From the human T2T-CHM13v2.0 reference genome, Homo sapiens: a DNA stretch of 64,000 nt. The position numbers were made by a program, and so were the translations under genes. A model generated the notes under the pieces. That model was not told the origin of the DNA and searched no databases. It was given only the letters and a program-made list of their open reading frames with translations. The DNA lies in assembly GCF_009914755.1 (NCBI RefSeq), contig NC_060929.1; one strand, given 5' to 3'. Of this stretch, positions 13,625-24,786 are shown piece after piece. The stretch's first letter is position 1. Every line of letters begins with the position of its first letter.

Positions 13625-14158
13625 TGTATTAGAGTTCTCTAGGAACAGAACTAATAAGATATATGTATACATGAAAGGAAGTTATTTAAGAAGAATTGAC
13701 TCAAACAATCACAAGGTAAAGTCCCATAATAGGACATCTGCAAGTTGAGGAGCAAGGAAGCCAGTGGTGGATCATTCCGTGTCCCCAAACCTCAAAATTA
13801 GGGGAGACGACAGGGCAGCCATCAGTCTGTGGCCAAAAGCCCAAGAGACCCTGGCAAACCACTGGTGTAAGTCCAAAAGTCCAAAAGCCGAAGAACTTGG
13901 AGTCTGATGTTCAAGGGCAGGAAGCATCTAGCATGGGAGAAAGACAAAGGCCAGAAGACTCAGCAAGTCTGCTCTTTCCAACTTCTTCTGCCTGCTTTAT
14001 TCTAGCAGTGCTGGGAGCTGATTAGATGGTGCCCACCTAGACTGAGCGTGGGTCTGCCTCTCCTAGACCTCTAACTCAAATGTTAATCTCCTTTTGCAAC
14101 ACCCTCACAGACACACCCAGGAACATTACTTTGCATCCGTCAATCCAATCAAGTTGAT
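13625..14158 (-). mobile_element. HERV-L 3' LTR (MLT2A2-like), missing its first ~20 nt
   Basis: Direct repeat of 20114-20683, with about 25 differences over about 270 nt by hand count. Lacks the 'cactcaatattaaccatcac' end present in the other LTR. Confidence 0.93.
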
Positions 14159-14625
14159 ATGTACCAAATGAGGGTAGCAAATACTGATATGAAGTCAATA
14201 AATCTTATGTTACATGATAAAGGAAAAAGAACGGAAAAAAATGAAGATATTCTCTTAGTACAAGTGTATACATACACAAAGATGTTCTGAACAAACTAGA
14301 GGAAATACTCATGACAATTACAGTCCTTGTTTCTATAAATGGTCACGTGGTCATAGCTGGTATTGATGACTACCTTCTACTACCCATTCTGTATTCCCTT
14401 TGGCTTCAGCAAGCACCTCAGCAGGTCATGATTTTTCACTGGGTGGAGTGACCCAAACCTTCATTCCTGAAGGGTCAGGGCCATTTGCAGTCATGCCTGG
14501 ATTAGGCTGTTGTAGTTTCCCATTGACCTTAGTCACAGGGCATGGTAATACTAAAAGATGCCCTAAGGGATCTCCTGTATTACACACATACTCTTCCTTA
14601 CCTCCTTTGTGGAGTAGTAGGCTGA

Positions 14626-14947
<322 letters not shown>

Positions 14948-17634
14948 TGTAACTCCTTTCTTCGCCTGTTGACTTAGAGATAGGAGAAGCCCGAAATGGC
15001 CAGGTGGCAATCTTAACTTCCAGTTAAAAGGAATTATTGTGTCTCCTGGTGGCAGCATTCCTCCCTCTGGAACTAAGACCTCTAGGCCAGCAGAATGTAA
15101 TGTTGCAGGAAAAGGAAGCAAAGATTTTGCTAGTGGGTTACTGGGGGTGATGGTGAATGGTGCCACTTCCACTTCTACCCCTTGATTCCTGGACCTGTGA
15201 ATCCTGGCTATGGGAGAAACAGTACCAAATATTCGACACTGATTCAGAGCATACACAGCCTTCTGGAGAACTTTTCCCCAGGCCTGTAAAGTATTGCCAT
15301 ATAGTTGGTGTTGTAATTGTAACTTCAAAAGGCCATTCCAATGTTCTATCAATCCAGCTGCATCAGGATGATGAGAAATATGGTAAGACCAGTGAATTCC
15401 ATGAGCATGAGACCACTGCCACACTTCTTTAGGTGTAAAGTAAGTGCCCTGGTCAGAGGCAATGCTGTATGGAATACCTTGACAGAGGATAAGGTATTCC
15501 GTGAGTCCATGGATGGTAATCTTGTCAGGACTACCGTGTACAGGACAGGCAAACTCATATCCCGAGTAGGTGTCTGTTCTGGTGAGGACAAGCTGCTGCC
15601 CTTTCCATGATGGAAGAGGTCCAATATAATCAACCTGCCACCAAGTATCTCGCTGATCATCCCAAGGGATGATGCCATATCATGGGCTCAGTGTTGTTCT
15701 CTGCTGCTGGCAAACTGGGCACTCAGTGGTGGCCGTAGCCAGGTCAGCCTTGCTGAGTGTAAGTCCGTGTTGCTGAGCCCATGCCTAACTTCCATCCCTG
15801 ACACCATGGCCACTTTGTTCATGGCCCCACTGGGCGATGACAGGGGTGGCTGAGGAAAGAGGTTGAGTGTTGACCACAGAAAAAGTCATCCTATCTACTC
15901 GATTATTAAAATCCTCATCTGCTGAGGTCACTCTTTTGTGAACACTCACATGGGATACAAATATCTTCATGGTTTTTGACCACTCAGCAAGGTCCATACA
16001 CATACCTCTTCCCCAAATTACTTTGTCACCAATTTTCCAATCATGCTTCTTTTAAGTCCCTGACCATCCAGCCAAACCATTGGCTACAGCCATGAATCAG
16101 TATATAATTACACATCTGGCCATTTCTCCTTCCAAGAAAGGTGCGCAACCAGGTGCACTGCTTGAAGTCCTGCCCACTGAGAAGATTTTCCTTTGCCACT
16201 GTCTTTCAGGGATGTCCTACAGAGGGGCTGTAGTGCTGCAGCTGTCCACTTTCAGGTGGTGCCTGCATATCGTGCAAAGCCATCTGTAAACCAGGCCATA
16301 GTCTTCTCTTCCTCTGTCAACTGATCATAGGGAACTCCCTATGAGGATATCAGTGCAGGCTGGGGGAGAGAAGGCTTGGTGGCAGGAGTGGAGACCATGG
16401 ACATTTGAGCCACTTTTTCATGTCCTCAAGCAGGACCTGCTTGAGCCCAATCACATATATAGCACTTCCATTTGATGATGGAATGCTGCTGTGCATGACC
16501 CACTTAATGGAGATATGTGCCAGAAAACACCCAGTTCATGATAGACAGTTCAGATTGCATGGTGACTTGATGACCCATAGTCAAATGTTCAGTTTCTACC
16601 AAAGCCCAGTAACAGGCCAAAAGCTGTCTCGCAAAAGGAGAGTAGTTATCTGCAGAAGATCGCAGGGCCTTGCTCCAAAATCATAGAGGCCTCCACTGTG
16701 ATTCATCTATGGGGGCCTGCCAAAGGCTCCAAACACATCCCTATCTGCCATTGTCATCTCAAGCATCATTGGATCTGCAGGGTCTTATGGCTCAGGTGGC
16801 AGAGCAGCTTGCACAGCAACCTGGACCTGTTGCAGAGCCCTCTCTTGTTTTTGACCCCACTCAAAACTGGCAACCTATTGGGTCACTCTATAAATGGGCT
16901 ATAGTAACACACCCACAGAAGCAATGTGTTGCCTCCAAAGCCCAACTAGGCCTACTAGGCATTGTGCTTATTTCTTGGTTGTAGGAGGGGCCAAATGTGG
17001 CAACTTATCCTTCACCATAGAAGGGGTATCTCGACAGGCCCCAAACCACTGGATCCCTAGAAATTTTACTGAGGTAGAAGGTTCCTGTATTTTAGTCAGA
17101 TTTATTTCCCATCCAATGGCACACAAATGCCTCACCAATAAGTCCAGTGTGTTTTCTACTTCTCACTTGCTGGATCTAATCAGCAAAATGTTATCAACAT
17201 AATGGAGCAGTGTGATATCCTGAGGAAGGAAAAAAATGATCAAGATCTCTGAGAACAAGATTATAACACAAAACCAAAGAGTTGAGGTAGGACAGTGAAG
17301 GAATATTGCTGGCCTTGCCAGCTGAAGGTGAATTGCTTCTGGTGGGCCTTATGGACAGGAATGGAGAAAAAGGCATTTGCCAAATCAATGGCTGCATATC
17401 AGGTACCAGGAGATGTGTTAATTTGTTCAAGCAATGAAACCACCTCTGGTACTGCAGTTGCAATTGGAGTCACCACTTGGTTAAGCTTATGATAGTCCAC
17501 TGTTATTCTCCAAGATCCATCTGTCTTCTGCATGGCCAAATAGGATAATTGAATGAAAATGTGGGAATCGCCACCCCTGCATCTTTCAAGTCCTTGATGG
17601 TGGCACTAATCTCTGCAATCCTTCCAGGGATGTA

Positions 17635-17636
<2 letters not shown>

Positions 17637-17672
<36 letters not shown>
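17637..17672. repeat. (AC)18 microsatellite inside HERV-L pol
   Basis: Read directly. Confidence 0.97.
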
Positions 17673-17678
<6 letters not shown>

Positions 17679-18079
17679 TTTTCTAGCTGGATGCAACTCT
17701 GACGGTTTCCATTTGGCCTTTTCCACCATAATAGCTCTCACCCTACCAGTCAGGGAGCCAATGTGGGAATTCTGCCAACTACTAAGTATGTCTATGCCAA
17801 TTATAGATTCTGGCACTGGGGAAATGATCACAGGATGAGTCTGGGGACCCAGTGGACCCACTGTAAGTTAGGCCTGAGTTAAAATTCCATTAATTACCTG
17901 ACTTCCATAAGCTCCTACTTTAACTGAAGGACCATAATGATGTTTTGGGTCACTTGGAGTCAATGTCAGCTCAGAGCTAGTGTCCAGTAGTCCCCGAAAA
18001 GTCTGATCATTCCCTTTTCCCCAGTGCACAGTTACTCTGGTAAAAGGCCGGAGTTCTCCTTGGGCAAGGATGGGGGAAA

Positions 18080-20069
18080 GATTAACAGTATAAATTGTCG
18101 GTAGTGTAGTGGGGTCCCTCCTCTAGGAGACCCGGCCTCCCCTTTATTCAAGGGGTTCTGGGTCCTTAAACTGGTTCAAAGTCTGGAAATAGATTGAGGG
18201 GCTGTGATTCTCTATTTTTATAATTCAAATTAGTCTTTTGTCTACTCAACCTGGAAGTTTTCTGCTTATACAAATTAATTAAGAATGCAGTATGCTACCT
18301 ATCATTTTCAATTCTAGGAACACTGTGATTAATTAGCCAATGCTAGACCTCTACATGAGTCAGACTATTCTGATTGCTCCTTTGTCTCTGCTGTACATTA
18401 TGGTAGCTATGCCCACCTTGCCCTTAATGGTTGAGTGTCACCTCTGGATCCAATTATTCTCATTGCATTTAAATTTTCTAATTGAGTGACTGTGGTTCCC
18501 ACTGTAAGACCATGCATACAGAGAAGAGCAATCACAGAGCTCTTCAAGGATGCAGGTGCTCCCCTCACAAACCTATTTTGCAAAATATTGGTGAAGGATA
18601 TGTCTTCTGGACATATCCAGAAGTGATAATATCTGGACATATCCTCCCAACTGTGATAAGTGGATCTAAAGTGACTAATCCACTCTAGCATCCCAAACTC
18701 CCTAAGCCTTCGAATCCCTTCCTTATATTAAACAAAGGAAGATCAGGCATTTCTAGCTTGCTCACAGTGGGCCATGTTTTGATCCATGTTTCAGCTAACC
18801 AAGCAAATAAACTATTAGAACCTTTTTTTAACTCCCTGAGCTGCAACATTCAACACAGAATCCTTGCTTAGTGGGCCTAAATCAATAAATTCAACCTGAT
18901 TGAACTTTATGTTTCTTCTACCATTACCTCACACCCTTAATATCCACTCCCAGGCCTGTTCTCTAGATTTCTGCTCATATAAATTAGAAAATTCATTTGG
19001 GGGTGTAGCATACCTCCTCATGGGGCACACTCTGAACCTCACCTCCAGAAGCCTGCTGGAAATTTAGTTATAGGTCTAGAAGCAGACAGGGGTATTGGGG
19101 GTGGGTCATGAGGAGCATCAGCATTGTTTTGCCTGGCAACTACCTCAGGGAAGGCCATCACTGTTGCCTCAGACAGTGCATGGTTAATCTCCTCAGACAA
19201 AGGTGGCAAGGCTGATGGCAGCCTGGGATCAGGAAGGGGATATTGCCACTACTGGGTGTGGGGAGGCCATTTCCTCTGGCAAAAAAGGCTCATCAGAGTT
19301 TACAAGCTCAGTGTCCCCAGCTTCATCAGGGTTCTCCCACACATCCCCATTCCAAGTTGCAGGGTCCCATTCTTTTCCAATCAATGCCCTCACTTTAACA
19401 GTAGACACCTGGTGAGGCTGAGTGTGCACCTTTCGTTGCAGGTAAGCCACTTGCATGATAAGAACTTGTGTCTGATTTTCTGTAATTCCATTCCTTTACA
19501 GAGTCACCTGAGGTCAGGAGTTTGAGATGAGCCTGGCCAACATGATGAACTCCTGTCTCTACTAAAAATATAAAAATTAGTCCGGTGTGGTGGCGCACGT
19601 CTGTAATCCCAGCTACTTGGGAAGTTGAGGGAGGAGAATCACTTGAACCCAGGAGGCGGAGGTTGTAGTGAGCCAAGATCACGCCACTGCACTAAAAAAA
19701 AAAAAAAAGAAAAAAAAAAGACTTGAGGCTCAGTATTTGCTTATGGAGCTGGGAGTTAGAATCTCTGAGCTCATCCTTTTCTCTCATTTTTCCCAGTGAA
19801 CTTAGGAGCAACCAACCAACTTCATTATATTCCTTGGTTCTCCACATGCAGTCAAAGGTATTATGTGTAGAGTCACTGAATTCCTCGCCTCTCACGAGTG
19901 GTGAATCAGGAGTATCAAATGTATTTATTTTGCCTAACTCTCTAAACAGGTCACAGCAAGGACTATCATTGTTCTTTATATTATTAGAAGTAGAGACTTT
20001 AGCATTTTGGTATCTAATCATATTAAGCAGCCAAATCCAGAAATCCCAAAACCAACTAAAGAAATCCAT
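18080..20069 (-). pseudogene. HERV-L gag remnant
   Basis: ORF pieces 'WRTKEYNEVGWLLLSSL...DELRDSNSQL', '[22 protein letters not shown]' and 'MLEWISH...NRFVRGAPASLKSSVIALL' are ERV-L Gag (the family related to Fv1). Confidence 0.92.
19504..19719 (+). mobile_element. AluS(x-like), truncated at both ends, inside HERV-L gag
   Basis: Starts at 'tcacctgaggtcagg'. The body stops at 'ccactgcact' and runs straight into an A-tail. No TSD seen. Confidence 0.93.
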
Positions 20070-20093
20070 CCTTAAAATTCTGCTCCTCTAGAA

Positions 20094-20108
20094 CCATTCC
20101 TGGTGCCA
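20094..20108 (-). promoter_or_regulatory. Primer binding site (tRNA-Leu type)
   Basis: Minus strand reads TGGCACCAGGAATGG, 5 nt downstream of the 5' LTR, as in ERV-L. Confidence 0.8.
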
Positions 20109-20113
20109 AAATC

Positions 20114-20683
20114 TGTATTAGTCAGGGTTCTCTATAGGGACAGAACTAACAGGATATATGTATATATAACAGGGAGTTAGTTAAGGAGAATTGACATACA
20201 TGATCACAAGGTAAAGTCCCATGATAGGTCATCTGCAAGCTGGGGAGCAAGGAAGCCATTGTTGGACCAGTCCAAGTCCCAAAACGTCAAAAGTAGAGAA
20301 GATGACAGCATAGTCTTCAGTCTGTGGTTAAAGGCCCGAGAGCCCCTGGCAAACCACTAATCACTGATTTAAGTCAAAGAGTCCAGAAGCTGAAGAACTT
20401 GGAGTCTGATGTTCAAGGGCAGGAAGTATTCAGCATGGGAGAAAGAGGAAGGCCAGAGGACTCAGCAAGTCTGCTCTTTCCAAGTTCTTCTGCCTGCTTT
20501 ATTCTAGCTGTGCTGGCAGCTGATTAGATGGTGCCCACCCAGATTGAGGGTGGGTCTGCCTCTCCCAGTCCTCTGACTCAAATGTTAGTCTCCTTTGGCA
20601 ACATCCTCACAGACACACCCAGGAACTATACTACTTTGTATCCTTCAATCCAATTAAGTTCACACTCAATATTAACCATCACC
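20114..20683 (-). mobile_element. HERV-L 5' LTR (MLT2A2-like)
   Basis: 'tgtattagtcagggttctcta...aatattaaccatcac', about 570 bp, adjacent to the PBS. Confidence 0.95.
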
Positions 20684-21008
20684 GTATATAATAAAGGAAA
20701 TCAGAACACTTACTGTAGATAAAAAAAGTTTTACTATAAATTAAAAAGAACATCTAAATAAGTGAATATAGTGGTCTGTATACTTTGATAGAAAAAATGA
20801 CCACTGTAATGCTGCTAATTGTCTACAGATAATCAATATAATTACTGCAATTATGACCAAAATATCATCAGGAAATTCAGAGATTTGACAGAGTCATAAA
20901 ATAATTAGCAAAAATAGCTCAGAATATTTCGGAAAAGAGACTAATGAGCAGTCTTGGCTCCTTGTATGCTGAAATCATGATTATAATCATCATGATCATC
21001 ATCGTCAT

Positions 21009-21442
21009 TGCTATGGTTTGGATACAGTTTGCTTGGCCCTACTAAGTCTCACATTGAACTTGGATTCCCAGTGTTGAAGGTGGGGCCTGTTGGGAGGTGT
21101 TTGGGATGTAGGGGTGAATTCCTCATCAATGGTTTGGTGCTACACTCACAGGAGTGCATAAGTCTCACTTTTAGGTTCCTTCAAGAACTAGTTGTTGAAA
21201 AAAGCCTGGCATCTCTTTCTTTTTCTGTCTTGCCTCCTCTTTCTTGCCACTTGATCTCTGAATAGCTGGCTCCTATTTATCTTTGGCCACGGGCGGAAGG
21301 AGTCTGAGGCTCTCACCAGAAGCAGATGCTGGTATTGTGCTTCTTGTACAGCCTGCAGAACTATAAGCCAAATAAACCTCTTATCTTTATAAATTACTCA
21401 GCCTCAGGTATTCCTTTACAGCAACACAAAAGAATGAAGTCA
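21009..21442 (+). mobile_element. MSTB-like MaLR solo LTR
   Basis: 'tgctatggtttggata...cagcctgcagaactataagccaaataaacctctt...ctcaggtattccttta'. Confidence 0.88.
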
Positions 21443-21989
21443 ATCCTCATTTTCAGCAATTATGGAAATACAGTGGTGTTTAGAGAGCTACAGACACTTA
21501 GGAAAGTAGAAGGCCTCAAAACTGTTCCACATAAATATAAAATTAGTTTATAACAAAGGTGGTATCATGAACCTAGTATGGGAAAACCACTTGAATTGTA
21601 TATAAGGCCAAAACCATATAAAAACATTGTAATTATACTGCGACAGCTGAGTTAGTCATTAGAAAACCAAAAGTATTAGCTCTAACAACATAACAAAATA
21701 AATTACAGATAAGGCGATGATTTTAAATGAGGAGAAGAGGCATACATAAAATAGTGAAAAGAGAGAAAACATATACCTATTTGTGAAGCAGTACTGTATA
21801 TACATGATACCCAAGTTAGTCACAAAGAAAAGTACTGATTTGATTATATAAAAACTCCAAATTGTTTTGATTATTAATAAAATAAATTTATATGCAAACT
21901 TCAAAAGTAGCAGAATTTGCAGCATGTCTCGGAACAGTGTGGTAAGATACCGTAAGACAAATGCTTAAAATTTAAACACAACAACATCT

Positions 21990-22190
21990 CCTTGAGGATG
22001 TGACTTTAATGTTTATAGTTTATTGTCAGCTAGCTTCAGCTTTGGTTGCTTTCAGTGGTGAAGACTCTGTGTGAATTTCTTGGTTATAGAGAGTCTTTGT
22101 GTGATGGCTTTCTCACATGCTGGTTGTAGGTAACAATCAACATGATGACTGGAACAGAACATCACATCTCAATATCAACATTGAATGTAA
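21990..22190. mobile_element. Two-piece L1PB-like fragment: 5'-region piece (minus) fused to the ORF2 start (plus)
   Basis: 'gctttcagtggtgaagactctgt...tggctttctcacatgctggttgtag' is followed by 'atgactggaacagaacatcacatctcaatatcaacattgaatgta' (MTGTEHHISISTLNV, an ORF2 N-terminus). Confidence 0.65.
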
Positions 22191-23199
22191 GGGATTCAAA
22201 GATCAAGGATTCATAGATAGGTTGCATATTTACTAATATGAAAGCTTATTGTTCAACAGGTAATATTGGCTGAATGAAGACAATAACCCATCCTTCAGGC
22301 TCTTTGTCTCACATACATGACATCTGGAGAGATGCAGCTTCCACTCCGGGGGCTTCATTAGAAACTAGATCCTCAAGAAACATTCAGGTAATCCTAAAGT
22401 AAGAAAGTGAAGGACATAGTCCAAGAGGAGACTGAGAACATAGGGAGTCTTTTTATCACAAATTGGTGTTCTAGTGGACATACTGAAAAGACTTAAAGGA
22501 AAAGAGAGGAAAGGGGTTTGAATAGCATTATGGATATGCTCAATCGAATAAGGATAAAGAACCCATTGACACTGGGTAGCAAGAAGGCTTAGACATTTAG
22601 GATGATTAAGGTAGATAGTGAATGTTTACTTCAATTCCCATTGAAGATGGATTGATTTTACGGTTTCTCAGACATGTGGCAATTAGTCTAAGCTAGAGTT
22701 CTGTAATTTGGTTATTTTGATATGAAGCAGTGAAAGAACAACACTTACTACATAAAAGAGAAAGTTTTGCATTTTCAAATTCAGAGTTATTACTTTCAAA
22801 ATAGAGATGATGTCTCTTGTGCTTATGCGTAGCCTGATGTGCATAGTCTAAATTAGATAAATAAGGTTCATGAGATACAGAAAGAGGAATGTGCCAAGAA
22901 GCTACAAAGACAACAGATTATAAGATTCAAATGGTCCTGAAAGCTGAATTCATTATCACCATCTTCAGGATCTCACAGTGGCCCCAGAAAGGTTACTAAT
23001 AGGACAATTTGAGAAGGGTTTTGAAAGTTGGGAACTCCTGGTTTATAAGAATGTGTAATACTCAGGAAGGAAATATAGTATCTGTATCAAATGATCTGAT
23101 AGAATAAATTATGAGAGATAGGAAAGAGGAAACAGAGTTGCTTATAATAAACATCAATAGAGGATAATGCCAGAAGTAGGACTTAGAACCTAGTTTTAT

Positions 23200-23465
23200 T
23201 AAACAGCTAATATTTAACATCCATATTCTTCTATGTTTAGATACTATCCTGGGGTCATTACTAATTTAACTTGTTTAATCCCCACTAGAAACAAAAACAA
23301 AACAAAACACTAGGAGATGTATGTGATTCTTAACTGCATTTTGTCTATTAGGAAATGAAGGCCTAGAGAGATAAGGACCCTGCTAGAGTCATGAGACAGT
23401 ATGTGTTGGAGCTGAGATTCACACAGACTCTGTCTATCTTTAGAGCTGTTTGTCTTAACCACTGG
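23200..23465 (-). mobile_element. MIR SINE
   Basis: 'aggaaatgaaggcctagagag...ggagctgagattcacac...cttaaccactg'. Confidence 0.7.
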
Positions 23466-23700
23466 GAATTCAAAATAAGGAATTCAAGAATAGTACAATG
23501 AATCAAAGAACACTGTATTATCAGAAAAAAATTAAGTCAGTAATATTAGAGAAATAATTGATTAAACAGGTTATAGAAAAATATTTAACATTACTGAGGT
23601 TATATCAGAATTTTCATCATGAATATCAAGTTTTGAAAATTTAATTACCTATTATTTCTAATACGAGAGCTTTGATCAGGGAAAAAACATTATTTGTAGA

Positions 23701-23873
23701 CAGGCTTCATGGGTATGCAACCTGCGAAGTAACATGGTGCTCTGTGCTTACAGGAGCCTCTTGCTTTGTTTAATGCTTTAATACCATCAGAACATTATTC
23801 TTAATAAATTTTGAACAAGGAGCTTTGCACTTTCATTTTGTGCTAGACCTTGTGAATTATGCAACTGGTCCTG
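23701..23873. mobile_element. MER91A-like hAT MITE
   Basis: 'caggcttcatgggtatgcaacctg...aattatgcaactggtcctg'. 8-bp TSD tttgtaga / tatgtaga (7/8). Confidence 0.8.
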
Positions 23874-24786
23874 TATGTAGATAATGAAATATTTCACAAA
23901 TTATCCCAACATGCCAATATACTTAAATTTCATCTGATTTTAGCCAAAGTGAAAGTGATGAAAAACTTTATGGGTGAAAATTTAGAATGTATTATTAAAA
24001 GGTAAAAAAATGAAGTTTATTACATGTGCCATGTTTGAAACAAAACCAACATATCTCTGATTTTTAAAACAGGGAAGTTGATGCAACTAATTAATTAATG
24101 GTAAGGTAGTTTGGAAGGATATGTCAATTATCCATAATGAAAGGCTTGAAAGGGTTCCAGGAAGCAGTTGCAGCCAAGGCAGGTGTTGGGGGAGAAAAGA
24201 TCCAACTTAGTTTTAGGAAGAAAATGCACAGAGGAATGAGAAAGCAATCCCAGAGCATCTGCCAGATCTACATGAAAGGACAATTTGAGAACAGATGGGA
24301 ATAGAAAGTAAAAAATTACGTCATACAAATCTAGACATCTTCTGACCAGCAGCGAAGAATTTGGTACCATGGGCTAAGTCCTTTAGGACACACTAGCCAA
24401 GATGGATAAGAAAAGCCTTTCAAATCTGCTAGGATTTTGCTAATGCCATTTTAGTCATTAATGTGTAGAACAAAAGGATACCAACTAATCCTGTAGCGGC
24501 CCAAGCAGAGATGTGTGTGGCAGTGTAGGGTCTCTTACAAAATTTCTGCTTCAGCGTATAGAGTAATAAAGTACAGATAAGGAAAATTCTGTTCTGTCCA
24601 ATAACACATTTACATATTAAGCATGCCCAGAATGAAGATTTAGCCTTCCAAGTAAATGTAATTCTATAATAGGAATAATAAAAGAATTGCACTAGGTTGT
24701 TATTTTGCTAGATAATAGAAAGACTGGGTGTTTTAGGTCAAAATAGACTTCTGACAAATATCTATTGGCTACACAATGATTATAAT

